Below the pieces are notes generated by a model, which saw only the letters and a list, made by a program, of their open reading frames with translations, was not told the DNA's origin and did not search any database. A program made the translations under genes and the position numbers. Positions 36,819-46,304 of a DNA stretch of 64,000 nt are shown here, piece by piece (position 1 is the first letter of the stretch; each line of letters opens with the position of its first letter). This DNA comes from a virus: the UHGV virus genome UHGV-0132465; one strand, written 5' to 3'.

Positions 36819-37199
36819 ATGAAAAGCACCACTAAAGCCATTGACACCGTTATGTTTAACCTGGTTACCTTTCGTGAGGATATGAAAGATCTTCCACGTG
36901 AAACAGTGTGCGATCACATCGAAAACTATCGCAAACTGATCAAACAACTGCCTTTAAAACGTGACCAATATGCGGCTAACGCTATGCTTAACGCCATGAT
37001 CAAAAAGATGATCCAGTGTGATTTAACTCTGGCCTATGATTATGCAGGCGGTCGTTTTGCAGTATACAATCAGCCCGTGCCCGGTATGAGCACCACTGAA
37101 GAATTGCACGCGTTAAATCTAAAACAAGATGTATGGGATAGCATGCCCCGCGTGGTGGTGTGGGCAGAAAGCGGAAAGATTTACGGCGATAATTTTTAA
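36819..37199 (+). CDS. hypothetical protein (126 aa)
   Basis: ORF with AAGAGGAAAA RBS; upstream UTR hairpin GGGGCAAGACGTTTGCCCC. Confidence 0.5.
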   Translation: MKSTTKAIDTVMFNLVTFREDMKDLPRETVCDHIENYRKLIKQLPLKRDQYAANAMLNAMIKKMIQCDLTLAYDYAGGRFAVYNQPVPGMSTTEELHALNLKQDVWDSMPRVVVWAESGKIYGDNF

Positions 37200-37266
37200 T
37201 CAGGTAACAGGCGGCGGCATATTTGCCGCCTTATTGTTAAGCAGAATTGTAAGAGAGGTACACAGA

Positions 37267-37638
37267 ATGGAATTTATTATTTTGGCTGTATTAGTTGCCT
37301 TGTTCAACGCCTGGATAGCTGGCAAAACAGGTAGATCCGCTTTTCTATGGTTTGTTATATCTATTTTCCTGGGAGTGGTTGCAACCATTGTATTAGTTAT
37401 CCTTGCAATTGTTGACAAGGATAATAATAAGAAAGGTAAAGTATTTTCCGACCTGTATGACGCTCAAACTTTTGTTAACGCCTATTATAGTGATCTTCCG
37501 GTCTCCTTGCGCTGCAGCCTAGCGCAACAAGTTTTCGATGAAGCTAAAACCAGAGAACAGGCCCATGAAATATGTCTAACCGAGGCAGATCGCCTATTCG
37601 AGAGGAATAGAAAATATGTGGACCAGCCGTTTAAATAA
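37267..37638 (+). CDS. hypothetical membrane protein (123 aa)
   Basis: start at ATG after GAGAGG; two predicted transmembrane segments. Confidence 0.5.
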   Translation: MEFIILAVLVALFNAWIAGKTGRSAFLWFVISIFLGVVATIVLVILAIVDKDNNKKGKVFSDLYDAQTFVNAYYSDLPVSLRCSLAQQVFDEAKTREQAHEICLTEADRLFERNRKYVDQPFK

Positions 37639-38113
37639 TGCCACGTTAATTAATCCCTTTAGTGAAGATTTGAAGCCAGCGGCCTGGCGTGAGGGATTCA
37701 ACACAGAAAGATTTATTTTCAGGCCTGACCTTGAGGAATTTTATAACAATGGATCGAACAACGACAGAGATAATTTTTCTTGTAATGTGCGTGGTGATAA
37801 TACTCCTGGGGGCCATTACAAACCACGTCACTGCTAACAGGAGGAAAGGGGGAGACGATGACAACCAAGGATAAGCCCCGCACCGATAAGGTGCGCCGTG
37901 TTATGGTATGGCTTGAGATCATCGCCCTTGAAATATTGTTAGGCGTAGGGATGTACTTTATCGCTGTAAGTAACTGATAACGGCCCCCAATCCCTGGGGG
38001 CTTAACTTTTTCAAAAATTTTTCTTCTAGGGTGTTGCAATCCGGTCCGGAATATGGATAATAACAATCAACGGGGAGCAATCCCCACCACAAAGACTAGA
38101 AAGGAGAAACAAA

Positions 38114-38314
38114 ATGAGTAACAATATCCGCGTTATTAACTTCAAAAAAGAAGAAAAAATTGCCGTGCTGATTGACGGTCAAGAAATCTTTAAAGGTGAT
38201 TATGAAGATCATCAAACGGCGATTAGTATCACTCGCGTGATTGGTTACCATAATTTTTACCCTCAAGGCGCTGAGGCAGCAGTAAAACGAATTAAAGAGA
38301 TTGTAGGCCTGTAA
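38114..38314 (+). CDS. hypothetical protein (66 aa)
   Basis: ORF with AAAGGAGAAA RBS; upstream UTR hairpin GGGGAGCAATCCCC. Confidence 0.5.
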   Translation: MSNNIRVINFKKEEKIAVLIDGQEIFKGDYEDHQTAISITRVIGYHNFYPQGAEAAVKRIKEIVGL

Positions 38315-38317
38315 AAT

Positions 38318-38361
38318 TTATTTTTAGATGGCCTTGATTCCAGGGCCATCAATAAAGTAAA
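38318..38361 (+). repeat. 45-bp conserved intergenic element, copy 3
   Basis: near-identical to 33952-33996. Confidence 0.7.
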
Positions 38362-38399
38362 TTTAAACCCTGTTAAAATAATCAGTGCAAAAAGGAGTA

Positions 38400-38717
38400 A
38401 TGATCATGTTTATCCAGGCTAATAATCTTTATTTCTTTGATGGTCAGATCGTAGACGGCGTGGAGGTGGAAATCACTGGGTGCCCTGGCGGTCAGGTTAT
38501 GACTTTTCGGAATAATGCCTTTGATGATTCTCATATCGTTATGAGAATGGAAGTTAGTAAGCTGGATGATAAGAAAACATTGATTGACTATTCCGTCAAA
38601 GATCATCCAGACTACCACATGATCTATGGTGATTTGTGCATTGTTGACCGTGACAAGGTGAACGGCATTGTTATAGCCATTGTGAACGATGTTTTCTCTG
38701 AGTATTCCGGCAAATGA
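38400..38717 (+). CDS. hypothetical protein (about 105 aa)
   Basis: ATG after AAAGGAG; exact start (38400 or 38406) uncertain. Confidence 0.5.
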   Translation: MIMFIQANNLYFFDGQIVDGVEVEITGCPGGQVMTFRNNAFDDSHIVMRMEVSKLDDKKTLIDYSVKDHPDYHMIYGDLCIVDRDKVNGIVIAIVNDVFSEYSGK

Positions 38718-38928
38718 TGCAAAATAAGGCCCCTGGCAGGGCCTGCAGCGATATAATCACATAAAGGCTATGCGGTTGCATGGCCTTTATTATTTTAGCG
38801 TTACAGCTGCCCCCAAGGCGCTTAAAAAATTTTTAAAGAAGTACTTGCATCAAGCCCCACAATATGGATAATAAGAGTTGTCGAGGGGGCTATGCCTCCA
38901 ATCATTAACAGAAACAGGAGTTAAAACT

Positions 38929-39213
38929 ATGGCTATTGTTACCGCTGGCGATGTAGTAGAAATGGAAGCAAAATACTTAAAAGCGGGTATGCATATCCTA
39001 CGGAATGATCAAGAGTTATTATTAACGATGGTCGACTATAATCCCGGCCAGGATTATCCAAGCATCGACTACTTTTTTGAGTATGTTGATGAAGAGTTGA
39101 AAGAGGATGAGGCCTATTGCGGTGAGTTCTGCAACTTCTTTTGTCCTGATGAGGTTGTAAAGGTTATTTATCAACCTGGCGTAGCTTTCCCGCTGCACGC
39201 TATCAATAAATAA
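38929..39213 (+). CDS. hypothetical protein (94 aa)
   Basis: start at ATG after ACAGGAG RBS. Confidence 0.5.
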   Translation: MAIVTAGDVVEMEAKYLKAGMHILRNDQELLLTMVDYNPGQDYPSIDYFFEYVDEELKEDEAYCGEFCNFFCPDEVVKVIYQPGVAFPLHAINK

Positions 39214-39268
39214 ACCTGGCGGGGCCGAAAAGGCCCCCAATTATGAAAATAAAGATAGGTTAATCATC

Positions 39269-39502
39269 ATGATGGAACAAATTAAACGCGCCGAGGCTAT
39301 TAATGGCAATGTGATCTATTCTGTCAGCAAAAACGAAAAAGGCGTACCATATGCGGCGGTAATAGTACAGCCTGACGGCGATTATTGGCTTACTGTGTAC
39401 GGCGCGTATTCTTTCGGTCGTCCAGTGCATGATAAAATTTTGAAAGTAGCTAACCCTACGGGGAAGAATATCACGGCAGAAAAATTTTTTGAAAATAATT
39501 GA
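39269..39502 (+). CDS. hypothetical protein (77 aa)
   Basis: ORF in co-oriented block. Confidence 0.45.
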   Translation: MMEQIKRAEAINGNVIYSVSKNEKGVPYAAVIVQPDGDYWLTVYGAYSFGRPVHDKILKVANPTGKNITAEKFFENN

Positions 39503-39574
39503 CATGACCGCCTGAAAGTGTAGTATATAAATCAAAGGGCAAGCCCCGCCAACCACAAAGAGGATAAAAAAATC

Positions 39575-39754
39575 ATGGCTATTATTGCAAAGACCGAGAT
39601 TGCAGGTTTAGATTCTATTCTCCTGGCATATGAGGAAGCTATAGAAATGTATGTGGTTTCCTATGGTGAGTATATCCGTGAATATACATCTATTGATCTG
39701 GCTTTTGAATGTTATATCCGCCAGGTAAATAAAGCATATGATGATTATCGTTAA
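39575..39754 (+). CDS. small protein (59 aa)
   Basis: own TTGACA promoter, UTR hairpin and AGAGGA RBS; below ORF-track cutoff. Confidence 0.4.
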   Translation: MAIIAKTEIAGLDSILLAYEEAIEMYVVSYGEYIREYTSIDLAFECYIRQVNKAYDDYR

Positions 39755-39845
39755 AATAGTTTGACAACAAACAACTATCTAACAAAGCATAATACATAAG
39801 GTGGTAGAATGATCCGCCACCTGGAACAAAGAAGAGGTAAACACC

Positions 39846-40091
39846 ATGAAAAGCAATAAAGGTTATAACGGTCACAAAAACAAAACTCATTGGAATGTAA
39901 GCCTTTGGATTAATAACGATGAATCATTATACTTATACGCTGTAGGCTTAATAAATGAGTGCGGCAATAAAGATAAAGCGGCGGATCTAATGTGCTACAG
40001 ATTAAAACAGGACGGAATCACTCATACACCTGATGGTTTCAAGTATAGTAAAACTGCAATCCGTGCCGCTATGGTAGGAATGAAACACTAA
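39846..40091 (+). CDS. hypothetical protein (81 aa)
   Basis: ORF with AGAGG RBS; upstream UTR hairpin. Confidence 0.5.
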   Translation: MKSNKGYNGHKNKTHWNVSLWINNDESLYLYAVGLINECGNKDKAADLMCYRLKQDGITHTPDGFKYSKTAIRAAMVGMKH

Positions 40092-40165
40092 AAGCACATA
40101 GCCGCCTTACCCTGGGGCTGTGGTAGCGGCCCCATGAATAAGGTTACTAACAAAGAATAGAAAAC

Positions 40166-40270
40166 ATGAAACAGAAATTAATTGATGCGGTAATCCTGGT
40201 TATTGCCCTGGGTATTGGCCTGATTGCAACCATGGCTAATATGATCTTGTCTTCCAACGGTATCGGATAA
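40166..40270 (+). CDS. small hydrophobic peptide (34 aa)
   Basis: RBS-like purine tract; predicted single transmembrane helix. Confidence 0.3.
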   Translation: MKQKLIDAVILVIALGIGLIATMANMILSSNGIG

Positions 40271-40279
40271 GGTGGGCAA

Positions 40280-40495
40280 ATGATCACCAACAAAACAGGC
40301 AAAACAGAATTTTTACGCAACTTGCAGATCGGCAAGCCCGAGATCTGGTATTGCACTAAAACACCACGTGACGAAATGAAAGACTTCACCGCCACGCTGC
40401 AACGGGTAAAGATATCTATCACGCAGAAAAAAGCCTTGATAGTGGTTGAAGGTGAGATCCCTCAAGCCGTTGTTATAATTGAGCGTACAGCATAG
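40280..40495 (+). CDS. hypothetical protein (71 aa)
   Basis: ATG after AAGGTGGG RBS. Confidence 0.45.
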   Translation: MITNKTGKTEFLRNLQIGKPEIWYCTKTPRDEMKDFTATLQRVKISITQKKALIVVEGEIPQAVVIIERTA

Positions 40496-40586
40496 TTTAA
40501 TTTATACAGATACCCGAAAATTAACCAACAAAGCATAAACAGGCGGTTACCGCCGCCTTAAACGTAGCAGAAAGAGGATAGACAAC

Positions 40587-40871
40587 ATGAAAAAGATGAT
40601 CGCAGTGGTTGCCCTGGTTGTTGGACTTAATGCGCCTGTAATGGCTAAAGAGCTGGCAAAAGAGGTTGATCTAACGGATATCCATGCCGTCAATCAAATC
40701 GGGGTTACTTATCGCTTATGCCTTGCCGCTAAAACTTTTAATGACGGTACAACAGAGTACTACGGATTCGAGGGTATCCGGTGCGGTGAGCTTGCTCGCG
40801 ACCTTAAGGAAGATCCAGACCTGGAGGATCTGCCCATCACCGTAAACGGTAAAGCTTACGTAAACCGTTAA
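40587..40871 (+). CDS. secreted hypothetical protein (94 aa)
   Basis: signal-peptide-like N terminus MKKMIAVVALVVGLNAPVMA; AGAGGA RBS. Confidence 0.5.
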   Translation: MKKMIAVVALVVGLNAPVMAKELAKEVDLTDIHAVNQIGVTYRLCLAAKTFNDGTTEYYGFEGIRCGELARDLKEDPDLEDLPITVNGKAYVNR

Positions 40872-40873
40872 CC

Positions 40874-41008
40874 ATGAGAAAGATGATCATCACCTTGGGG
40901 ATTGTGGCGGGATTGCTGGCGCTCTTTCCCCTTATGGTTAGGTATGTGCTGATCAGTGTTGTCCTGGTAGTCAGCGATCTAATGTTATATATTAACTCAT
41001 TGTTTTAG
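40874..41008 (+). CDS. small hydrophobic peptide (44 aa)
   Basis: immediately follows upstream stop; two hydrophobic stretches. Confidence 0.3.
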   Translation: MRKMIITLGIVAGLLALFPLMVRYVLISVVLVVSDLMLYINSLF

Positions 41009-41016
41009 GTGGAATA

Positions 41017-41208
41017 ATGACAGCAGAAGAAGTTAAAAAAGTACTGGCAGTACTACGTTACCATAATCATTGTAAGGTGAAGAATGATCCTGATTATCTC
41101 GATTCATCCCTTGAAGAGGATACACTACAAGCCATAAGTAACATGCAAGAATTGCTAAAGCGCATGACAGAGAAAAACCGACCGGACTACATAGGCGAAA
41201 AAATATAA
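41017..41208 (+). CDS. hypothetical protein (63 aa)
   Basis: ATG after AGGTGGAA RBS. Confidence 0.45.
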   Translation: MTAEEVKKVLAVLRYHNHCKVKNDPDYLDSSLEEDTLQAISNMQELLKRMTEKNRPDYIGEKI

Positions 41209-41419
41209 TCCTTATTGACTAGAAAACAGGGCTTGCAATGGTCCTGTTTTTTGTTATACTTATTCCACGGCAGGCACCTGGCGACGGGGGGAGACAATCA
41301 CCGGGCCTGCCTGTCATATAAGAACTATAAAAACCGTTGACATCTGCCAGGGGGTGGGGTAACATTTATCTTGAAGGGGCAAAAGTGCCCACACAACAAC
41401 CAGAAGAGAGGAAAACATT

Positions 41420-41692
41420 ATGTCAAGCTGGATTAATCAAGAAGTCGAATCACGTTTTAATGCTATCTGGGATCTCGTAGAAAAAGAGGACGGAACATCA
41501 AGCCCCTACCTCAACAATTTGGAATTCCATTTTGTGGAAGCGATGAACGCAGAACATGATCACGAAGGTGGCGCGGATGAGTTCGCTAAAGGTTATGGCT
41601 TTAACAATGCCAACGAAATGATCGAGTCGGTTGTACTCCAAGCCGAGGAAGATTATCAATTAAAAACGCTTGAATTCTGCCGCCGCAAGTAA
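41420..41692 (+). CDS. hypothetical protein (90 aa)
   Basis: own TTGACA promoter, UTR hairpin GGGGCAAAAGTGCCC, AGAGAGG RBS. Confidence 0.5.
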   Translation: MSSWINQEVESRFNAIWDLVEKEDGTSSPYLNNLEFHFVEAMNAEHDHEGGADEFAKGYGFNNANEMIESVVLQAEEDYQLKTLEFCRRK

Positions 41693-41752
41693 TAAGATAA
41701 TGACAAGGGCCGAAAGGCCCACTAATCAGAACCGCACAAAGAGGAAAACATC

Positions 41753-42016
41753 ATGAAACGTCTTGATCAGCTCAAATTAGTTCAATATATGGCTTATCGT
41801 GTTCTTGAAGTACAGAAAGGCAGCAAAAAAGAAGTTTGCGAGAAAGCGTACAAGATCTTTACTCGCAAAAAAGACGATTGGATGTTACGCCAGACTAAAA
41901 AGGCTGACATCTTGGGGTACCTGGAAGAAGAGATCCGGCTTGAAGAACAAGAAGAGATCCGCCGTAGTGAGGCAGATTATCAGGCAGCTTGGGAAAACTG
42001 GATGAGCAACAAATAA
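41753..42016 (+). CDS. hypothetical protein (87 aa)
   Basis: UTR hairpin GGGCCGAAAGGCCC then AGAGGAAAA RBS. Confidence 0.5.
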   Translation: MKRLDQLKLVQYMAYRVLEVQKGSKKEVCEKAYKIFTRKKDDWMLRQTKKADILGYLEEEIRLEEQEEIRRSEADYQAAWENWMSNK

Positions 42017-42158
42017 TACAACAAGTTACATGGTCAGGGGCAATAAAGCCCCTTGATCACACAAAAATTATGCTATCCTTGTTGACAGAGATCGGCAGTT
42101 TTGCTATATTCTTTTTGAAGGGCAGTTGTAAGAAAATTAACTAAGAGGTAAAAACACC

Positions 42159-42578
42159 ATGAACATTAAATCTGATAATCCGGCATATAGCTTTGATAAC
42201 GCTTTTTGTCACGGTCCGGCGGCGAAAGGATTCGAAATCGATGGTAAACTAATTATTGTCAATGTTGACGGGGAAGAGGTTGCAGTATATCCGGTGGCAG
42301 ACGTTAAAAGCCGTCTACAATGCCGCATCGATGTTACCGCCTACCAGCTTGATCCGGTCCGGGTAGTTGCCCTGGTCCTGGAAGAAGAAATTAAAGCAAT
42401 GCACCACAGCAACAAGTTTATTGGTGACGCTCAAGATAATATGCAGGTATGCCGCTATAAAGTTAATGAAGTGCTTAAAGAGTACGGCTATAAGGATTTA
42501 ATGATCAAGCGTGATGAAAAATTCCGCTACCGTAACGACCTGGCAAATCGGATTTTTGAAATATACGAATCATTATAA
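42159..42578 (+). CDS. hypothetical protein (139 aa)
   Basis: ORF with AGAGG RBS; last gene of plus-strand array. Confidence 0.5.
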   Translation: MNIKSDNPAYSFDNAFCHGPAAKGFEIDGKLIIVNVDGEEVAVYPVADVKSRLQCRIDVTAYQLDPVRVVALVLEEEIKAMHHSNKFIGDAQDNMQVCRYKVNEVLKEYGYKDLMIKRDEKFRYRNDLANRIFEIYESL

Positions 42579-42596
42579 TTTCTTAACTGAATTATC

Positions 42597-42623
42597 AAGG
42601 GGCTTAAAGGCCCCTTTCTTTTT
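42597..42623 (+). terminator. intrinsic terminator (AAGGGGC-TTAAA-GGCCCCTT + TCTTTTT)
   Basis: GC hairpin and T-run after last plus-strand gene. Confidence 0.7.
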
Positions 42624-43208
42624 GTCTGCTCTTCTCCTACCATAAACGGCCCTACCTGGCAAGTGGAATAATTGACTAGCCATCAATCCCACACACTGTA
42701 TAAATATACATGGAAAATAACTATTGCATAATTTTTCATTGTGTGGTAGCAAGGCCATTTTTACCCGTTTTCTCTCCCAAAATTGCACGTAATGCCGCTA
42801 TTGCACAAAATTTAACCTGATGCACATCTTCAACATCTTGTCAATAACTAAAAATCTTTATAAGTCATACACTTACACAACCATAAAGCCGTGTTCTACG
42901 TGAAAAATCGAGTATAACTATAGCCGCCAGATCTCAGAATTTACGTACGTTCACCATTCTATAGCCTGCAAAGTATTTATTCCAACCACAGAATAACGGA
43001 ATAGTCAATACCTGCATAAAATAATTATTCGTGTAAACTGCATAACATAAATCAGCTCAGGTGTCAACATTTTTCGTAAGCAGTTCGAAATTGTCACGAT
43101 AAGTTATTATACACAAAGAAATCTTTAGTCGTCTAATGGTTACTATACATTACTAATCTGACTGGAATCATTAGATGACTAAGAGAAAGATAAGAAATAA
43201 TTAATAAT

Positions 43209-43518
43209 GTAATTGTTTTACCTGTAACAATAAGGCAACTATGCAAACGAATGGCATGGCGCGACGGAGTCGCGACATAATATAAAAGCAGTAACCATCA
43301 CCCCCGTGATAGTTTTTCTGCAATCTATTACTCAGATCATAGTTGCCTTGTATTTAGTTAATCATGACATAACAAGCAAGGCAACTATAGATCTTCTAAT
43401 AGTTGCCCTGCTTTTATATTATGTCATAGAAACGCCCGAAGGGGTGACCTAGTCACCTGGCATAGCCAGCGAAAGATTATTATCTTGTTAATTGTTTTCA
43501 TGCAAACGAATGTCATGG
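43209..43518. repeat. cluster of palindromes and iteron-like repeats (AAGGCAACTAT / ATAGTTGCC x4; GCAAACGAATGNCATGGC x2; GGTGAC-cta-GTCACC)
   Basis: multiple direct and inverted copies within 300 bp of an ORF-poor region between convergent gene blocks. Confidence 0.6.
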
Positions 43519-44268
43519 CTTATCATCTATGCGTGAACTATCCAGGCGTAAACAGTCTATGCGGGAACAATCTATACGGGAACAGTGAGGCATGCAATAG
43601 TAACAACTGTTATTGTATCCGGTGTGTTGAGTATGCCCGGTGTGTCACTATTATGTCACATTATGTCAGACAAGTTTTTCTCCTCTTTGTCAAGTGCTGC
43701 ATGAAAAATTTACAAACTGGTATGGTAGCATTTTTGCGGCCCTGTTTACATTCAGAAATGTATGTATAATCCTTGGTGTGTGGGCGTTTAGACGTCTGGA
43801 CGGTCAGAAGTCCGCAGGTCAATATCTAATCTATTGGTTGCTAACTATATCCCACACAAATAGTAAGAAATATAATTGTTATGTGCGTAAACAGTAACCC
43901 ATGTTATCAATCCCTGTATGTATCGCCAGTGGTGCGCATAATGGGTATTATGTTAAATTGCCCGTAATGATAACTATTCTCACAATGATAGGTATTCTCA
44001 TTCATCCCCACAAGATAGATTGCAAATGTTGTGCCACTGTGTGAACGGCCTGGTCTATTAATTTGCCTCACTGCCTCGATATTTGAGAATTATTATAAAA
44101 ATGAGAAGTATTCCCATTCCGTCCGCCTGGCAGCACTCCTGTAGGACAAGCACAAAATCGGGGCATAACTGACCTGTTCAGATATTTCTGGCTGACTCTT
44201 CAGGTCTGTGTGGGAAAAGCCAACCTCTCCGGCGGCGGGGTAGGGGTCAATTAAAAAATTTATGCGGT

Positions 44269-44325
44269 GTATGAAACCCTCTTCAGGCAAGGTGTGTATT
44301 ATGGTATGAAACCCTCTTCAGGCAA
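44269..44325. repeat. exact 22-bp direct repeat GTATGAAACCCTCTTCAGGCAA x2, 35 bp apart
   Basis: perfect duplication; flanked by related G-rich motifs at 44226-44250 and 44371-44396. Confidence 0.7.
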
Positions 44326-45084
44326 TGATATTTGTGGGTGTGATATTTGCTGGAAAGCCAGATATGACGGGACTCCCGGCGGGGCAGGGGTAGTACAGAC
44401 AGGGAAAATGTGGGGATGTAGTTGGGGAAATTGATCAGACAGGTAGAGTATGGAATATGTTATGAATATGTTAAATATGGAGGGTGAATATCTGTAGGAT
44501 TTGTGTGTAAAATCAAAGACTTAAGTGGTGTTGTGGTATTTTCTATAAATAATTCAAGTTTAATAGGTAATATTTGTCTCTATCCACTTTGTGTGGTAAA
44601 CAGATTTAGATGAAATTGGTTTACAAGTGTATACATAATATACAAATTAAAGATACAAGAAACCCCCCTCCCCCTTCGGCTACCATTCACCTTTTCCTCT
44701 GACTGGTACTTAAACACTTATTCAGACTCTTCAGGTTATCACCCATATACTATATGGCAGTGACTGGTGTCCTCCGGCCCCTCTTTCGTCACCCGTCCGC
44801 TTCGCCAAGCTAATGCCATAGCCAAATGTTCGGTTGTTCACCCTGTTCACTCAGGTGTATCTCCATACCCCTTCAAACCGAAGAGAACAGAAAACCCGAA
44901 TTACTCGGTAAAAGAAAAGAGAAGAACTTAATTTTATCAAGATAGGCAAGAATGTCAAGGGATGACTGCTCACTAAACAAGCAAACAGTCATGTGTGGTA
45001 GGTAAGTGATTGTAGTGGTGGAAAATTTAGTTGAAAGATGTGTTATAGTGCTCCCAGCACTTTAGCCGGGCAGCTAATTGTGTG

Positions 45085-45300
45085 TCAGTCCAGAGGTTCA
45101 TCCTCCACTTCACTGAAATCAATGTTCATGGTCTCTTCCCAACCATCGATCTCAGCACAAGAGTGAAGTTCTTTAGGGTTTACTCCCAAAGCCTCAGCAA
45201 CAGAGTCTATATTTAACACCTCTGGCAGGTATGATTCATCAAATTCAAGGTAAATCAGGCCACGAGTGTTGTCAGCCCCACCAAATATTTCTATTTTCAT
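45085..45300 (-). CDS. small acidic protein (71 aa), MK(I/V)-family member
   Basis: ORF with GGAG RBS; starts MKIEIF like several downstream paralogues. Confidence 0.5.
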   Translation of the reverse strand: MKIEIFGGADNTRGLIYLEFDESYLPEVLNIDSVAEALGVNPKELHSCAEIDGWEETMNIDFSEVEDEPLD

Positions 45301-45419
45301 GAAATCTCCTCTGGAAATGAGAGTGTGAACAGGGTTATACGTTCCAATATGATGGAATTATGCACGTTTGCCTCTTCAGGCCATGCTTTAGCATGATAAA
45401 CTTATGTGGGCTCGGTGCT

Positions 45420-45632
45420 TCATAGTCTCCCACCTCTGAACTCTTCGTGCTCAGGCATAATAGAGAACCAGATATCTACGATGTCTTCCCACGTTAGGTC
45501 ATCAGCCTCAGGATCTACCTGGAGCGAAGATGGAGAATCTTCAGAATCGAAGTTTTCCTCTTTCACTGGCTCAGCCAAGGGACATATGGTCACTCCTTTG
45601 GATGTCTCTTCAGATGCATGTGTGTTGATCAT
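45420..45632 (-). CDS. acidic hypothetical protein (70 aa)
   Basis: ORF in co-oriented block. Confidence 0.4.
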   Translation of the reverse strand: MINTHASEETSKGVTICPLAEPVKEENFDSEDSPSSLQVDPEADDLTWEDIVDIWFSIMPEHEEFRGGRL

Positions 45633-45939
45633 GTTCCACCCGTGAGTATTCCGGCAACAGCTGCTATGGACGTGATGATCATCAGGATCACCACTAAAAC
45701 CTCTGACAATGTTTTCATTGTGTATTCCATATTATCCAAACAATGTGTGGATATTATCACAGGAGCGGTAATGTGTCAACAGAAGCGCCGCGAGGGTTTG
45801 GTTAAAATCCGAGCGTATGGTGATTTGGGTCAAAACGGACGTGCGTTCTCGCTACGCTCGAAATAGAGAGTTGTTTACAGGCCGTCCTTAAACGCTCTGT
45901 AATAAGATTATCCATCTAAGGTATGCAATCGTGCACCAG

Positions 45940-45968
45940 ATAAAGAAAAGGACGCCACAGAGCGTCCT
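45940..45968 (-). terminator. intrinsic terminator on minus strand (AGGACGC stem + U-run)
   Basis: 7-bp inverted repeat followed on the minus strand by TTTTCTTTAT, just downstream of gene 45993-46304. Confidence 0.55.
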
Positions 45969-45992
45969 AGGTGCCTTAAATTTGATATTTTG

Positions 45993-46304
45993 CTATACCC
46001 ATGAGGGCTTGTCCAGGTTGGAGTAACTGAAAGGGGTCAAAAGGTGACTGTCAAAATCTTTCAAACTGTCCAGATCTTTTTCCTCGTCCTGACACCATCT
46101 GTGTCTACATTTATTGTTGTAGTGCATGGAATGCATAGCGTTCTGCAACTTAATAGGCACAAGTGATTCAGGAGTAGATAGAATTGTTGGGTATGCCAGG
46201 ACTATCTCAAACAATGGAAACACATCGAAACTGAAGTCTATTTCTGCTGAGGTTGCTGGCATATAGGAGTATTTAGCTGTCGTTGTAGACATAATCCACC
46301 TCAC
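45993..46304 (-). CDS. hypothetical protein (103 aa)
   Basis: ORF in co-oriented compact block. Confidence 0.5.
   Translation of the reverse strand: MRWIMSTTTAKYSYMPATSAEIDFSFDVFPLFEIVLAYPTILSTPESLVPIKLQNAMHSMHYNNKCRHRWCQDEEKDLDSLKDFDSHLLTPFSYSNLDKPSWV

Noticed and set aside
43485-43897. Plus-strand ORFs of 94 and 85 aa in the repeat-rich terminus region
   Set aside because: No RBS, Cys/Tyr-rich low-complexity translation that tracks the DNA repeats, and they lie beyond a strong terminator and opposite to the surrounding transcription.
44093-44290. 65-aa minus-strand ORF
   Set aside because: Overlaps the 22-bp direct-repeat region, lacks an RBS and is isolated from any operon.
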